Positions 18,885 through 28,571 of a DNA stretch of 64,000 nucleotides are shown one piece after another (position 1 is the first letter of the stretch; every line of letters starts with the position of its first letter). Under the pieces are notes generated by a model. That model was given only the letters and a program-made list of their open reading frames with translations, was not told the DNA's origin and made no database searches. A program made the position numbers and the translations under genes. This DNA comes from Candidatus Caldarchaeum sp. (GTDB lineage Archaea > Thermoproteota > Nitrososphaeria_A > Caldarchaeales > Caldarchaeaceae). The stretch covers positions 122,172-186,171 of the forward strand of contig JAWBKB010000001.1 of NCBI GenBank assembly GCA_038831915.1. The letters run 5' to 3'.

Positions 18885-18940
18885 GCCAATATTTAATCTT
18901 AAAGTTTGGCGGAACGACAACAAAAAAACCGAATATTGGC
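18885..18940. promoter_or_regulatory. glnA promoter region with 9-bp inverted repeat GCCAATATT...AATATTGGC
   Basis: Perfect IR arms at 18885-18893 and 18932-18940; the left arm overlaps a minus-strand TTAAATA TATA-like box. Confidence 0.4.
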
Positions 18941-18997
18941 AAAAAGACGCTTCGAAACTTTTTTAGGGTTTTTAAATTGGCGTAGAACACGGGAAAT

Positions 18998-19351
18998 ATG
19001 TCCACTATCGCCATCGGAGTAATTTTCTTGCTATCCGTTGGCTCGCTCGCGGGTGGACTTGCTATGAATTTCGGTTTGGTAGGACGTTCAGAATTGGTTG
19101 TTTTAGGTCATTCGGGGCTCGGAGCTATGATAATTTTGCTTAATATCGCAGTAATTAGTGCTCTGCGAAAACAACGGCCTAAAGTTGTTTCGGATTTGTC
19201 CTTTCTCCTGTTTCTTACAATTCTCCAGACGTTTGCCGGAATTCTCATGTTTGCTGAAATTGAGTTAGCGTCTCTTGTTCATTTAGTTCTTTCATTTTTC
19301 GTCGCGGCATCAGCAGCAAGCTGTTTGATTATTGCTGCCTCTGGTTCTTAG
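18998..19351 (+). CDS. Small 4-TM membrane protein, weakly CtaA/COX15-half-like
   Basis: Four hydrophobic helices; two His in TM segments; LTILQTFAG..VHLVLS pattern. Confidence 0.6.
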   Translation: MSTIAIGVIFLLSVGSLAGGLAMNFGLVGRSELVVLGHSGLGAMIILLNIAVISALRKQRPKVVSDLSFLLFLTILQTFAGILMFAEIELASLVHLVLSFFVAASAASCLIIAASGS

Positions 19352-19758
19352 CGATTTTTGACGGCGTAGAAAACAAGACCCGACACGGCCACAACTAGAA
19401 CATGGGCGCCAGTGCACAGCAAACAGAGAGCGTCGATCAACACAATCTCAACATAAACGAGAACGGCTACGGCCGCCAACCCAACGAAAGACCAAAAGGT
19501 CATGAATTTTGCGGCTTTTTTCCTTTCACCAGCGAGAAAAAGCGCGGATGACGCAAGCGCGAACCACACGACTCCATAAAACGCCGTGGGCACTCCGAGA
19601 AAGTAAGCGTAAGGACTTGAAAGCACCTTATCACATGAAATGAAGCTAGATATTTCGCAAAACTGCGGCGCGGGCAGAAGAGTCAGATACATGGAGAGAA
19701 CGAGGCCCACAATAGAAAGTGCCGACGCAATGTAGAAAATCTTCATACGCTCGCTCAC
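19348..19758 (-). CDS. Vitamin K epoxide reductase (VKOR) family protein
   Basis: FC-x7-CDKVLSSPYA, GVP, CLLC active site. Confidence 0.92.
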   Translation of the reverse strand: MSERMKIFYIASALSIVGLVLSMYLTLLPAPQFCEISSFISCDKVLSSPYAYFLGVPTAFYGVVWFALASSALFLAGERKKAAKFMTFWSFVGLAAVAVLVYVEIVLIDALCLLCTGAHVLVVAVSGLVFYAVKNR

Positions 19759-20357
19759 TGTCTCAATGCTTTTTCGATTTCGTTTGCGAGTATCTCGTAG
19801 CTTTGCTCGCCTTCAAGTTTCGTGATTATTTTTCCGTCGGGACTTATGACGAAATATGTCGGCGTGCCTCTAACACCGTATAATCGGAAAACGTCCAAAT
19901 TTTGGTCATACACAACCTGCCAATCCACACCGTGTTCTCGAAGGTATGCAGCGGTTTTCTCTGTGTTTGTGTTGTATCCACCGGCCACGGTGAGGAACAT
20001 AACTCCTCTGTCCCTGTAATTTTCATGAAGCCGGTCTATGACCGGCGCCATCCTTCTACAGAAACCGCACCATTCATGCAGAAAATCAATAAACACGACT
20101 TTCCCTGTTGAAGGTTCGAAGTTTAGTTTCTCGTTTCTTAAACCTGTTGAATCTATCAGGTTGAGCGAGAAGGGCTTCGCGGTCTCTCCCGGCCGTACAG
20201 TAGTTTGACCAGATGTCGGCGTCGGTGAAACGATGTTGGCAGCAGGTGGAGTCACAACTAAATAAATAATAAACGCCACCAGCAGCGCCGCTGGAATCAA
20301 AGCAAGATAAATGCCGTAAGACTTTCGGGGTTTCGGCTTCTGTTTCTTTTGAGGCAT
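19755..20357 (-). CDS. Membrane-anchored TlpA/thioredoxin-like disulfide oxidoreductase
   Basis: N-terminal TM, WCGFC, YGVRGTP; overlaps the VKOR start. Confidence 0.9.
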   Translation of the reverse strand: MPQKKQKPKPRKSYGIYLALIPAALLVAFIIYLVVTPPAANIVSPTPTSGQTTVRPGETAKPFSLNLIDSTGLRNEKLNFEPSTGKVVFIDFLHEWCGFCRRMAPVIDRLHENYRDRGVMFLTVAGGYNTNTEKTAAYLREHGVDWQVVYDQNLDVFRLYGVRGTPTYFVISPDGKIITKLEGEQSYEILANEIEKALRQ

Positions 20358-20440
20358 CTAGCCATATCACACCCCACTCAGATATAAACCATTTCAAGTA
20401 TATCGGTGACAGTTATAATACAGACGGAAACGCACCTGTC

Positions 20441-21853
20441 ATGGACTTGCAGGGAAGGAGGTTTTTGATTCTCGGGCTGCTGATCGGAATTTTCCTAGCA
20501 GCCATCGATTCAACGGTTGTGGCTATCGCGATGCCGACAATAGCCTCCTCTCTGCGAGGCCTCGAAATCTACAGCTGGACATTCACAGCCTACATTCTCA
20601 CCTCTACAGTGACAGGGCCTCTATGGGGCCGTGTAAGCGACATTTACGGCAGAAAGCCGGTATATATCCTGGGGCTTGTTGTTTTTCTCGGCGGCAGCCT
20701 CCTCTGCGGAATTGCGACCGACATGGTGCAGCTCGTGTTATTTCGGGGAATCCAAGGACTTGGAGGAGGCGCGCTACTAATATTGACATTCACAATCATC
20801 GGAGAGATTTTCAGCCTGAAAGAAAGAGCGAAAGCCACGGGTTTAACGTCTAGTGTTTGGGCTTTAGCAAGCATCGTTGGGCCTCCGCTTGGCGGAATAA
20901 TCGTTGACAGCGTGGGATGGCGATGGATATTTCTCATTAACATTCCACTGGGTATGTTCTGCATTTTGATAGCTTTGAAAAACATCGGCACAACCACCAG
21001 AACAGATTCGAAAATCGACGTTGTCGGGTCTTTGTTCTTCCTCGGCGGAGCCTCTTCCCTGCTTCTCTTTTTGACAGAGTTTGAAATCTTGGGTGCGTCT
21101 TCATCGCTTCTCCTTCTGTTTTCAGGTGCTTTCCTCGGCATGTTCGTTGTAAACGAAAGAAGAAGTGATTTTCCACTCATTCCTTTCAAGTTGTTTAGAG
21201 AAAAAGCACTCAGAGTAGGATTTATCGGCAATCTCTTAGCCGGCTTCATTTTCTTTGGAATAATCGCTTACATGCCGCTTTACCTGCAAGTCGTTCTATC
21301 TTATTCTGCGACTGCTTCGGGAATCCTTTTGCTGCCACTTGTAGTGGGATGGGTTGCCGGGGCCAATGTTGCTTCACGAATCGTGATAAAGAGTTCGATA
21401 AAATGGCCTGCGCTCGGCAGCGGTCTTTCATTGCTCACGGGCACGCTTCTTTTATCGCTTCTCTCATACAATGAATTGCTATTACTTGTTGGATTTGTTT
21501 TCGTCGGCCTCGGCATGGGATTCACCGTGTCAACCTTCCTAATAGCGACACAGACTCTTCTACCGAGGACGATGCTTGGCGTCGGCACGTCATTGCTCAG
21601 CTTCCTACGACTACTTGGAGGAGCCGTTTCAGCCGCCGTCCTCTGGATACCTATCGGAAGCCTCGTCAGACTGTATAACATCGAATCAGCGGCGGAAATA
21701 GTTCTCTCAGAGACCGACAAAGCGGCTTTTACTTTTGGCATAACTCTTTCAATTTATTTAACTGCTGTGGCCGCCGCCTTGGCTATGCTGATTTATCTGT
21801 TTACCCCTGACGTCAAGCTATCGCAGTCGTCTGGAAAATCCGAAAACCGTTAA
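20441..21853 (+). CDS. DHA2-family MFS efflux transporter
   Basis: LAAIDSTVVAIAMP, GRVSDIYGRK, RGIQGLGGG, GWRWIFLINIP. Confidence 0.92.
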   Translation: MDLQGRRFLILGLLIGIFLAAIDSTVVAIAMPTIASSLRGLEIYSWTFTAYILTSTVTGPLWGRVSDIYGRKPVYILGLVVFLGGSLLCGIATDMVQLVLFRGIQGLGGGALLILTFTIIGEIFSLKERAKATGLTSSVWALASIVGPPLGGIIVDSVGWRWIFLINIPLGMFCILIALKNIGTTTRTDSKIDVVGSLFFLGGASSLLLFLTEFEILGASSSLLLLFSGAFLGMFVVNERRSDFPLIPFKLFREKALRVGFIGNLLAGFIFFGIIAYMPLYLQVVLSYSATASGILLLPLVVGWVAGANVASRIVIKSSIKWPALGSGLSLLTGTLLLSLLSYNELLLLVGFVFVGLGMGFTVSTFLIATQTLLPRTMLGVGTSLLSFLRLLGGAVSAAVLWIPIGSLVRLYNIESAAEIVLSETDKAAFTFGITLSIYLTAVAAALAMLIYLFTPDVKLSQSSGKSENR

Positions 21854-21887
21854 AAAGGTCTTTATCATCCCGCTTTCTCATTCATTC

Positions 21888-23513
21888 ATGCCGAAATACA
21901 TCTTCGTAACCGGCGGCGTCGTCAGCAGCGTAGGGAAGGGAACTGTCGCCGCCGCAATCGGACGCATCCTCTCCGTCCGCGGGTTCAAAGTCGGTTTCGT
22001 CAAAATCGACCCATACGTGAACGTTGACGCGGGAACCCTGAACCCTTTTTCACACGGAGAAGTATACGTCACCGACGACGGCGGTGAAACAGACCTCGAC
22101 CTAGGCTGGTATGAAAGATTTCTTGACATAAAAACATCGAGGATGAACAACATAACCACTGGTCAGATTTACGCCGAAGTGATCGCGAGGGAAAGACGCG
22201 GTGACTATCTCGGGCAATGCGTCCAGATTGTTCCGCACGTTACGGATGAAATCAAAAGACGGATACGCCTTGCATCGAAGGATGTTGACGTTTTAGTCGT
22301 TGAAATAGGGGGGACCGTCGGGGACATAGAAGGCCAGCCCTTCCTCGAAGCAGTGCGGCAGATGCGGCTGGAAGAAGGAATTGAAAACACGTTATTCGCT
22401 CACGTGGCGTTGGTGCTGACCCTTAAAGCAACGGGAGAGTTTAAAACCAAGTCGCTTCAGCACAGCATCAATGCGTTAAGAGGTCTCGGCATACAGCCGG
22501 ACATAATAGTGGCGCGAAGCGACCAACCCATCGACGCCGAAGCACGCCGGAAAATCGCGTTATTCGGCACGATCACCGATAAAGCCGTTTTCTGTTCATA
22601 CGACGTTGATTATGTCTACAAAGTTCCTGTCATTCTTGAGGAACAGGGTATGGGAGATTTTATCGTGTCGAGGCTTGGTCTTCCGGCTAATAGGCCTGAT
22701 TGGAGTGAATGGAACAACGTGGTTGAAATGTATGAAAAGGCCCGCTTCCCTGTAAGAATAGCTGTATGCGGCAAATACACGAAGCTAGCTGACTCCTACG
22801 TTAGTGTAAAAGAGGCGCTGCAGCACGCTGGGGTTCGTCTCGGTTCTCAAGTCGAAATAGAATGGATTAACACTGAAGATTTTGAGCAAAACGTGAGAAC
22901 CGTGGAAGAGTTAAGAAAATTCGACGGCATTCTAGTTCCCGGAGGCTTTGGAAAGAGAGGAACAGAGGGAATGATTAAATGTATTCAGTTCGCCCGTGAA
23001 AACGACATACCTTTCCTCGGTATCTGTTTCGGTCTTCAGCTTTCGGTTGTTGAGTTCGCGCGGAATGTCTGCGGTTTGGCCAACGCAAATTCCACCGAGT
23101 TAAACCCGTCGACTCCCCATCCCGTTATCGACCTCATGCCTGAACAGAGACGCGTGAAAGAACTTGGAGGAACAATGAGGCTTGGGCTTCAGCCGGTGAA
23201 AATATTAGAAAATACTATGGCCTATCGTCTCTATGGGACGACGGAGATCAGCCAGCGGCATAGACACCGGTATGAAGTTAACAGCCAGTATTGGGAAACG
23301 CTGCAACTACATGGGCTTGTGTTTTCAGGGTTTTCACCTGATGGGGAGAGGGTCGAAATAATTGAACTTCCGCTGAACCGTTTCTTTTTCGCGACGCAGT
23401 TTCATCCTGAATATCTTTCGAGGCCCAACAGGCCTGAGCCAGCTTACCTGGGCTTTGTGCAAGCAGCATTGGAAAGAGCCAAAACGATTCACCCCGCTCA
23501 AGCACTGGCCTGA
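21888..23513 (+). CDS. pyrG: CTP synthase
   Basis: KYIFVTGGVVSSVGKG, ETDLDLG, GICFGLQ, RHRHRYE, QFHPE. Confidence 0.98.
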   Translation: MPKYIFVTGGVVSSVGKGTVAAAIGRILSVRGFKVGFVKIDPYVNVDAGTLNPFSHGEVYVTDDGGETDLDLGWYERFLDIKTSRMNNITTGQIYAEVIARERRGDYLGQCVQIVPHVTDEIKRRIRLASKDVDVLVVEIGGTVGDIEGQPFLEAVRQMRLEEGIENTLFAHVALVLTLKATGEFKTKSLQHSINALRGLGIQPDIIVARSDQPIDAEARRKIALFGTITDKAVFCSYDVDYVYKVPVILEEQGMGDFIVSRLGLPANRPDWSEWNNVVEMYEKARFPVRIAVCGKYTKLADSYVSVKEALQHAGVRLGSQVEIEWINTEDFEQNVRTVEELRKFDGILVPGGFGKRGTEGMIKCIQFARENDIPFLGICFGLQLSVVEFARNVCGLANANSTELNPSTPHPVIDLMPEQRRVKELGGTMRLGLQPVKILENTMAYRLYGTTEISQRHRHRYEVNSQYWETLQLHGLVFSGFSPDGERVEIIELPLNRFFFATQFHPEYLSRPNRPEPAYLGFVQAALERAKTIHPAQALA

Positions 23514-24772
23514 ATTCTTTTTGAAAGCTGGAGCCTCATAGTCAACAACCTTTCTCCTCTAAACAACGCGGAAGCCAGAAACAGCAACACCGCCATGAAG
23601 GCGGCGATGGCTAAGACATGTAGTAGGTAGTTGAGGTATTGTGCGGTGTAAAGTGCTTGCAAGGCGAGCATCATGTGGGTGAATGGGTTGAAGAGGAGAG
23701 CGGTTGAAAGCCATAGAGGAAGCGATGAATAGTCTGTGAACATGAATATCACGACTGTCGGTAGGATGAGAGGCATTTGGATGAGTCCAGCGAGTTGGAC
23801 GCCTCCGCGTACATCACCTGCCATCACGCCGGCGAAAATTCCCAACCCGAGCGTCACCAGCAAAACCACGAACAACAAGACGGCGAGCAAAAGCAGAGAA
23901 AATGGTGAAAGCTGAAGGGATGACCCAGCTGGAAGAATAGGTGATTGTGGAAGGCTCGATAAATAAAACGTTAGTCCAAAAATCATAGAGGCTGTTCCCA
24001 TCAACGCAATCATCGTCGAGCCGAAAAGCTTTGCAGCCAAGATGGAGGAGCGGCTTACCGGCATGGTGAGAAGCATTTCAAGGGTTTTCGCCTCTTTTTC
24101 AAGCCCGATGCTGGTGGCGGCGACCGTTCCCGAAGTCGCTACGACGATGAGCAAAACAAGCGGAACAAAAAATCCCGTCGCGAAAAAGCTTTGGAAAAGT
24201 GCTGCGACGTCTTCTGTCGAAAGCAGTTGGTCTCGATACAGTATTCCGCCCGTGAATGTGACTGGGTTTTTGTAGAACGTTAGCTTAACCCGCCTTTCAG
24301 CCGCGAGCGTTTCGCCGATTAATGAACCGGCCGCGAAGACCCTACCAGTTATCTCTGAAATTCTGTCAAATACATTAATCGTCAGCGAGCTCAAATAAAC
24401 ATACATTTGTGCGGAACCTGGTTTTCCGTCAGACAGACTCTGTGTGAAGCCTTTTTCGAGAATGATGGCGACTTCTCCCCCCGTGCTTCTCATAAACTCA
24501 CGTATGTCATCTACCTGTTCACGGATAACACGTGGAGTGAACCCAGATTTTTCCAAGGCTTGAACAAATAATTGTGCATACTTTCCTCCATCGTTGTCAA
24601 CGACTACGAGCTGAATTTCCGAAACTTCTCTGCCAGCTGATTGGAATGAAAGCGAAATCGTCGCTCCGAGCAGAGGAAACAGGATTAAAGGCATCAGAAC
24701 AACTCCTACGAGGATGGTTTTCTCGCTGAGGAGTTCTTTCAACTCTTTTCTGATTAGGAGAAGTGTTTTCAT
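23498..24772 (-). CDS. ABC-2 permease (NatB-like)
   Basis: KELKELL, EKEAKTLEMLLTMPVSR, NPFTH. Confidence 0.88.
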   Translation of the reverse strand: MKTLLLIRKELKELLSEKTILVGVVLMPLILFPLLGATISLSFQSAGREVSEIQLVVVDNDGGKYAQLFVQALEKSGFTPRVIREQVDDIREFMRSTGGEVAIILEKGFTQSLSDGKPGSAQMYVYLSSLTINVFDRISEITGRVFAAGSLIGETLAAERRVKLTFYKNPVTFTGGILYRDQLLSTEDVAALFQSFFATGFFVPLVLLIVVATSGTVAATSIGLEKEAKTLEMLLTMPVSRSSILAAKLFGSTMIALMGTASMIFGLTFYLSSLPQSPILPAGSSLQLSPFSLLLLAVLLFVVLLVTLGLGIFAGVMAGDVRGGVQLAGLIQMPLILPTVVIFMFTDYSSLPLWLSTALLFNPFTHMMLALQALYTAQYLNYLLHVLAIAAFMAVLLFLASALFRGERLLTMRLQLSKRIQASA

Positions 24773-25485
24773 CGGGTCGACACCACTTTTTTGACGAAGA
24801 GTTCTTCGAGGTTTTCCACCATGTATTGCTGAAGCAACTGGCTAGGCTTTCCCTGCTCCACGATTCGGCCTTTGTCAATCAGAGCGATTTCGTCGCAAAG
24901 ATATTCCACTTCAAGCATGTTATGGCTTGAGACGAGGAACGTTGTTCCCTTAGCTGCAAATTCTTTGATTATTTTCCTTACATAGACCGAATGTTCGACG
25001 TCGAGTCCGGCGGTGGGTTCGTCGAGAACCGCGAGCGGTGGATTAACCATGAGACATGACGCCAAAAGAATTCTTCTCCTCATTCCCTTACTATATTCTC
25101 CCATCTTTCTTTTGACAGAATCCTCGAGTCCGGAAATCTCAACTCCCTTCCTAACTGCTTCTTCGCCGACGCCGTGGAGACGCGCAACCATTCGCAGAAA
25201 TTCAAGCCCGGTCAGATGTCTGTAAACTCCACCCTCTTCCGGCAGGTAGGAGATCATTTTTCGCACTTCACCGGGCTGCTTTACAACATCCTTACCGAAA
25301 ACATGGACCTTTCCCCTGCTCGGTCGCAACAAAGTCGCGACTATTCTGAAAAAAGTTGTCTTACCAGCGCCGTTTGCACCAATCAGACCAGACACTCCGC
25401 CCTCCTCAACGACCAAATCTAAATTCTGAAGAGCAGGTTTGTCGCCGAAATAACGCCAGACATCCGACGCCTCTACGGGGTTCAT
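24769..25485 (-). CDS. ABC transporter ATP-binding protein (NatA-like)
   Basis: GANGAGKTT, YSKGM, LDEPT, SSH. Confidence 0.93.
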   Translation of the reverse strand: MNPVEASDVWRYFGDKPALQNLDLVVEEGGVSGLIGANGAGKTTFFRIVATLLRPSRGKVHVFGKDVVKQPGEVRKMISYLPEEGGVYRHLTGLEFLRMVARLHGVGEEAVRKGVEISGLEDSVKRKMGEYSKGMRRRILLASCLMVNPPLAVLDEPTAGLDVEHSVYVRKIIKEFAAKGTTFLVSSHNMLEVEYLCDEIALIDKGRIVEQGKPSQLLQQYMVENLEELFVKKVVSTR

Positions 25486-25546
25486 CGTCGCAATTGATTG
25501 TTGGCGGCATTTATTAGGTGTTCAAACTACAGGTATTGGTCTTGAG

Positions 25547-26392
25547 ATGTCTGAGCTGACGGCCACGATGTACGGGCTTGCGTCCGCAGTGACTTGGGGT
25601 GCGGGAGATTTCTACGGCGGCTTCGCGTCGAGGAAAGCCGACGTGCTCCGGGTTGTTATTTTGTCACAGACCATAGGGCTTGCGTTGATGTTCGTCGCAG
25701 CGGTCATAGTAAACGAGCCGCTAATATCATTGACTGATTTGTTCTGGTCTATGGCGGCTGGTGCGTCGAGCGGTTGGGGGCTTATCCTCTACTACGCGGC
25801 TTTGGCGAGGGGAAGCATGACCGCTGTAGCACCGATAACAGGAGTGTTAGCTGCCGTTGTTCCTGCAGTGACAGGTGCATTTATCGAAGGGCCCCCATCC
25901 CTTTTCCAAGCAATCGGATTTGTCTTTGCCTTCGTTAGCATTGGACTCGTGACGGGCCTCGAACCACGGAAACTTAGGGCTGATACACAGCTGCTATTCG
26001 CGATTCTCGGCGGAACCAGCTTTGGAATGTTTCTCGTACTGATTGGACAAGTGTCTGAAGGCTCATCACTTTATCCTCTCGCTTTTTCCAGAATAACCAC
26101 GATAGCTCTTGCGTTCACAATAGCAACCGCGACAAAGCCATTGAAACCGCTTAGAAAAGGCTTGGGCTTCGCAACTGCCGCCGGTGTGTTCGACGCCCTC
26201 GGAAGCCTCTTCTACCTGCTGGCCCGCCACGAAGGAAGGCTCGACGTCGCCGCAGTCCTTTCATCACTCTACCCAATATCAACCGTCGTCATTGCAAAGC
26301 TCTTGCTCAAAGAAACGCTCGGCCGAAAAAGAACAACCGGAATACTGTTCGCAGCGATTGCAACTGTGCTGATCAACACGTCAACTATATAA
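25547..26392 (+). CDS. EamA/DMT-family transporter
   Basis: WGAGDFYGGFASR, YAALARG, LSSLYP..LLKE. Confidence 0.9.
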   Translation: MSELTATMYGLASAVTWGAGDFYGGFASRKADVLRVVILSQTIGLALMFVAAVIVNEPLISLTDLFWSMAAGASSGWGLILYYAALARGSMTAVAPITGVLAAVVPAVTGAFIEGPPSLFQAIGFVFAFVSIGLVTGLEPRKLRADTQLLFAILGGTSFGMFLVLIGQVSEGSSLYPLAFSRITTIALAFTIATATKPLKPLRKGLGFATAAGVFDALGSLFYLLARHEGRLDVAAVLSSLYPISTVVIAKLLLKETLGRKRTTGILFAAIATVLINTSTI

Positions 26393-26393
26393 A
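26386..26393 (+). promoter_or_regulatory. Putative TATA box of tRNA-Asn
   Basis: TATATAAA ending 24 nt upstream of the mature tRNA 5' end. Confidence 0.5.
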
Positions 26394-26416
26394 AAGCAGC
26401 GATCACAAAACTTTTG

Positions 26417-26490
26417 GCCGGGGTAGCTCAGCCTGGTAGAGCGGCGGGCTGTTAACCCGTCGGTCAGCGGTTCAAATCCGCTCCCCGGCG
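26417..26490 (+). tRNA. tRNA-Asn (GTT), intronless, CCA not encoded
   Basis: Cloverleaf: GCCGGGG/CCCCGGC acceptor, GCTC/GAGC D stem, GCGGG-CTGTTAA-CCCGT anticodon arm, AGCGG-TTCAAAT-CCGCT T arm, discriminator G. Confidence 0.97.
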
Positions 26491-26619
26491 CGGCAAGTAA
26501 CAACTAAAACTGTCATTAGAGCTGCAAGAACGCGGATATTTGAACCGACGAACTAGCCCGTGAATGGAGCAATCGTGGATGTTGTACAAACATTAAATTT
26601 GGGTGTTGGGTGATTTGGG

Positions 26620-27033
26620 TTGAACAGTTTGAGCGAGGCTCAGTTCGACGTCATTCTTGACCATTACCGCAATCCTCGCAACTACGGAGAGCTAAAAGAA
26701 TATTCGGTTAGGGTTAAGGATTCGAACCCTTTGTGCGGCGACGTGATAGAAGTATTTCTCAAAATCAACAGTGACGGTGTGATTGAGAAAGCGAGTTTCC
26801 GCGGCCACGGCTGCGCGATAAGCCAGGCATCTGCTTCGATGCTTATTGAATCTATTCACGGAAAGAAGCTTGACGATGTCAAAGCTTTGGATAAGCAGAA
26901 TATTTTCGACATGTTGGGAATCGACGTCGGGCCTGTCAGGGTCAAATGTGCTCTTCTTTCTTTGAAAGCTGTGAAGGCCGCGGTCTACACTTTCCTTGGA
27001 AAAGAAATGGACAGCAAAGAATTCGAGGAGTGA
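26620..27033 (+). CDS. Fe-S cluster scaffold / sulfur transfer protein, IscU/SufU family
   Basis: ILDHYRNPRN, NPLCGD, GCAISQASAS, RVKCA. Confidence 0.93.
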   Translation: MNSLSEAQFDVILDHYRNPRNYGELKEYSVRVKDSNPLCGDVIEVFLKINSDGVIEKASFRGHGCAISQASASMLIESIHGKKLDDVKALDKQNIFDMLGIDVGPVRVKCALLSLKAVKAAVYTFLGKEMDSKEFEE

Positions 27034-27034
27034 A

Positions 27035-27373
27035 TTGGACGGGCTAATCGTAAAACAGCCCTACGCGAACCATATAATCAACAGGCTGAAGAAATGGGAA
27101 ATGTGGACAAAACCACCGCCCAAGGGGAAAATCGGCTGATGTATCTACCTGCTTTCAGCTGGCTATGTTCTGGGCATCATCATGATAACCGGTGTGAAAG
27201 GGCCTTTCAATCAGAGAGAGCTGAAGCAATATCAGCGTTTTCACCTCGGAGCCAGCCCAAGATACAAGTATGCATGGGTCGTGAAAGTGGTGAAGAAGTT
27301 TCGAAGACCTCGCAAATATGTTCATCCATGGGGTGCGCAAGTGTGGGTTATAGACGTGAAATATGCGCGGTAA
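27035..27373 (+). pseudogene. ASCH-domain gene interrupted by in-frame TGA at 27137-27139
   Basis: TTG-start frame reads MDGLIVKQPYANHIINRLKKWEMW..GKIG*CIYLL..VLGII..YAW..GAQVWV, an ASCH pattern; in frame with the listed ORF 27182..27373. Confidence 0.75.
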
Positions 27374-27407
27374 GCTTATTGACAGGACCTTGTCTTTGTA
27401 TGTCGGC

Positions 27408-28571
27408 GTGAAGCTCATCAAAGACCCGGTGCATGGCTACATCACTTTCACAGACGAGGAAATCAGGCTCGTGGACTCGAGACCCGTGCAGAGACTACGA
27501 CGCATCAACCAGCTCCCGCTCGTTTACTTGGTTTACCCTGGTGCGCGTCACAGCAGGTTCGACCATTCGATTGGATGCATACATTTAGCCGGCGAATTCG
27601 CAGAACATCTAAACCTAAGCCCACATGAAAAAACACTGCTTAAAACCGCGGCCCTACTACATGACGTAGGACACACTCCATTTTCCCATCTTTTCGAAGA
27701 GCTACTGCTAAGCGAAGGCCTCAGTCATGAAGACATGAGCATCCGCGTCATCGAAAATGACGACGAAATATCGAATGGTTTGAACGGTTTAGGCGTCGAA
27801 GCCAACGAAGTCGTGTCTGTGTTGAAGGGTGAAACCAGGTTGAGCGGCTTGGTTTCGGGCCCGCTTGACGTCGACCGGCTTGATTTCCTCGTCAGAGACG
27901 CTTATTTCTCTGGCGCGACTTATGGAATAATCGATGTTCATAGGATTGTGAGGTTGACGAAGCTTTTAGACGATGGGCCTGCGGTTGACAGCCGTGGCAT
28001 AGGGGCGGTCGAAGAGCTTGCGCTCGCCCGCTATCATTCTTTCATCAACATCTATTTTCACCACGCGGTCAGGGCGGCGCAAATCATGCTTTTAAGAGCT
28101 GCACAGCTTGTCAGAAACAAGCTGGATTTTGCGAGAATGTCGCTTGAAGAATATCTTGACCATGACGATTTCACTGTTTGGTGTTTGCTTAGGGGAGACG
28201 AGAGAGCTCGCAAGCTTGTCGAAAGACTGGAAAGACGAATATTGCCGAAACGTATTTATGAGAAGCAGGTTTTAGGCGGCACCGGTCAATTTTTCAACCT
28301 TGAAACACGAGTTTCTGTGGAACGAAAAATTGCTGAGGAGGCTGGTGTCGACAGCTCAAAAGTTTACCTCGACTTTTCTTATGGTCCGCCGCTGACAAAG
28401 TACGGGCCTCAGCAGATAAGGCTTGACCCGCAGCCGTCATCACAGTCATGGATAATCGACCAATTAACTAAACCTCTCAACATAGTCAGAGTTTACGTGG
28501 ACCGCGATGTCAAGGAAGCTGACCGCGTCAAGCAGGTCGCCGGAGACGTTATTTCTTCAACTCTGGAATAA
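27408..28571 (+). CDS. HD-domain phosphohydrolase (dNTPase/SAMHD1-like family)
   Basis: IKDPVHG, QRLRRI, HSRFDHS, LHDVGHTPFSH, DVDRLDFLVRD. Confidence 0.92.
   Translation: MKLIKDPVHGYITFTDEEIRLVDSRPVQRLRRINQLPLVYLVYPGARHSRFDHSIGCIHLAGEFAEHLNLSPHEKTLLKTAALLHDVGHTPFSHLFEELLLSEGLSHEDMSIRVIENDDEISNGLNGLGVEANEVVSVLKGETRLSGLVSGPLDVDRLDFLVRDAYFSGATYGIIDVHRIVRLTKLLDDGPAVDSRGIGAVEELALARYHSFINIYFHHAVRAAQIMLLRAAQLVRNKLDFARMSLEEYLDHDDFTVWCLLRGDERARKLVERLERRILPKRIYEKQVLGGTGQFFNLETRVSVERKIAEEAGVDSSKVYLDFSYGPPLTKYGPQQIRLDPQPSSQSWIIDQLTKPLNIVRVYVDRDVKEADRVKQVAGDVISSTLE

Noticed and set aside
26417-26620. Integrated element at tRNA-Asn
   Set aside because: No integrase, and I saw no duplicated tRNA 3' end in the window; flanking genes are ordinary.
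27137-27142. Selenocysteine (UGA-Cys) in the ASCH-like gene
   Set aside because: ASCH proteins have no redox Cys here, other conserved residues are also altered, and I recognised no SECIS; pseudogene is more parsimonious.
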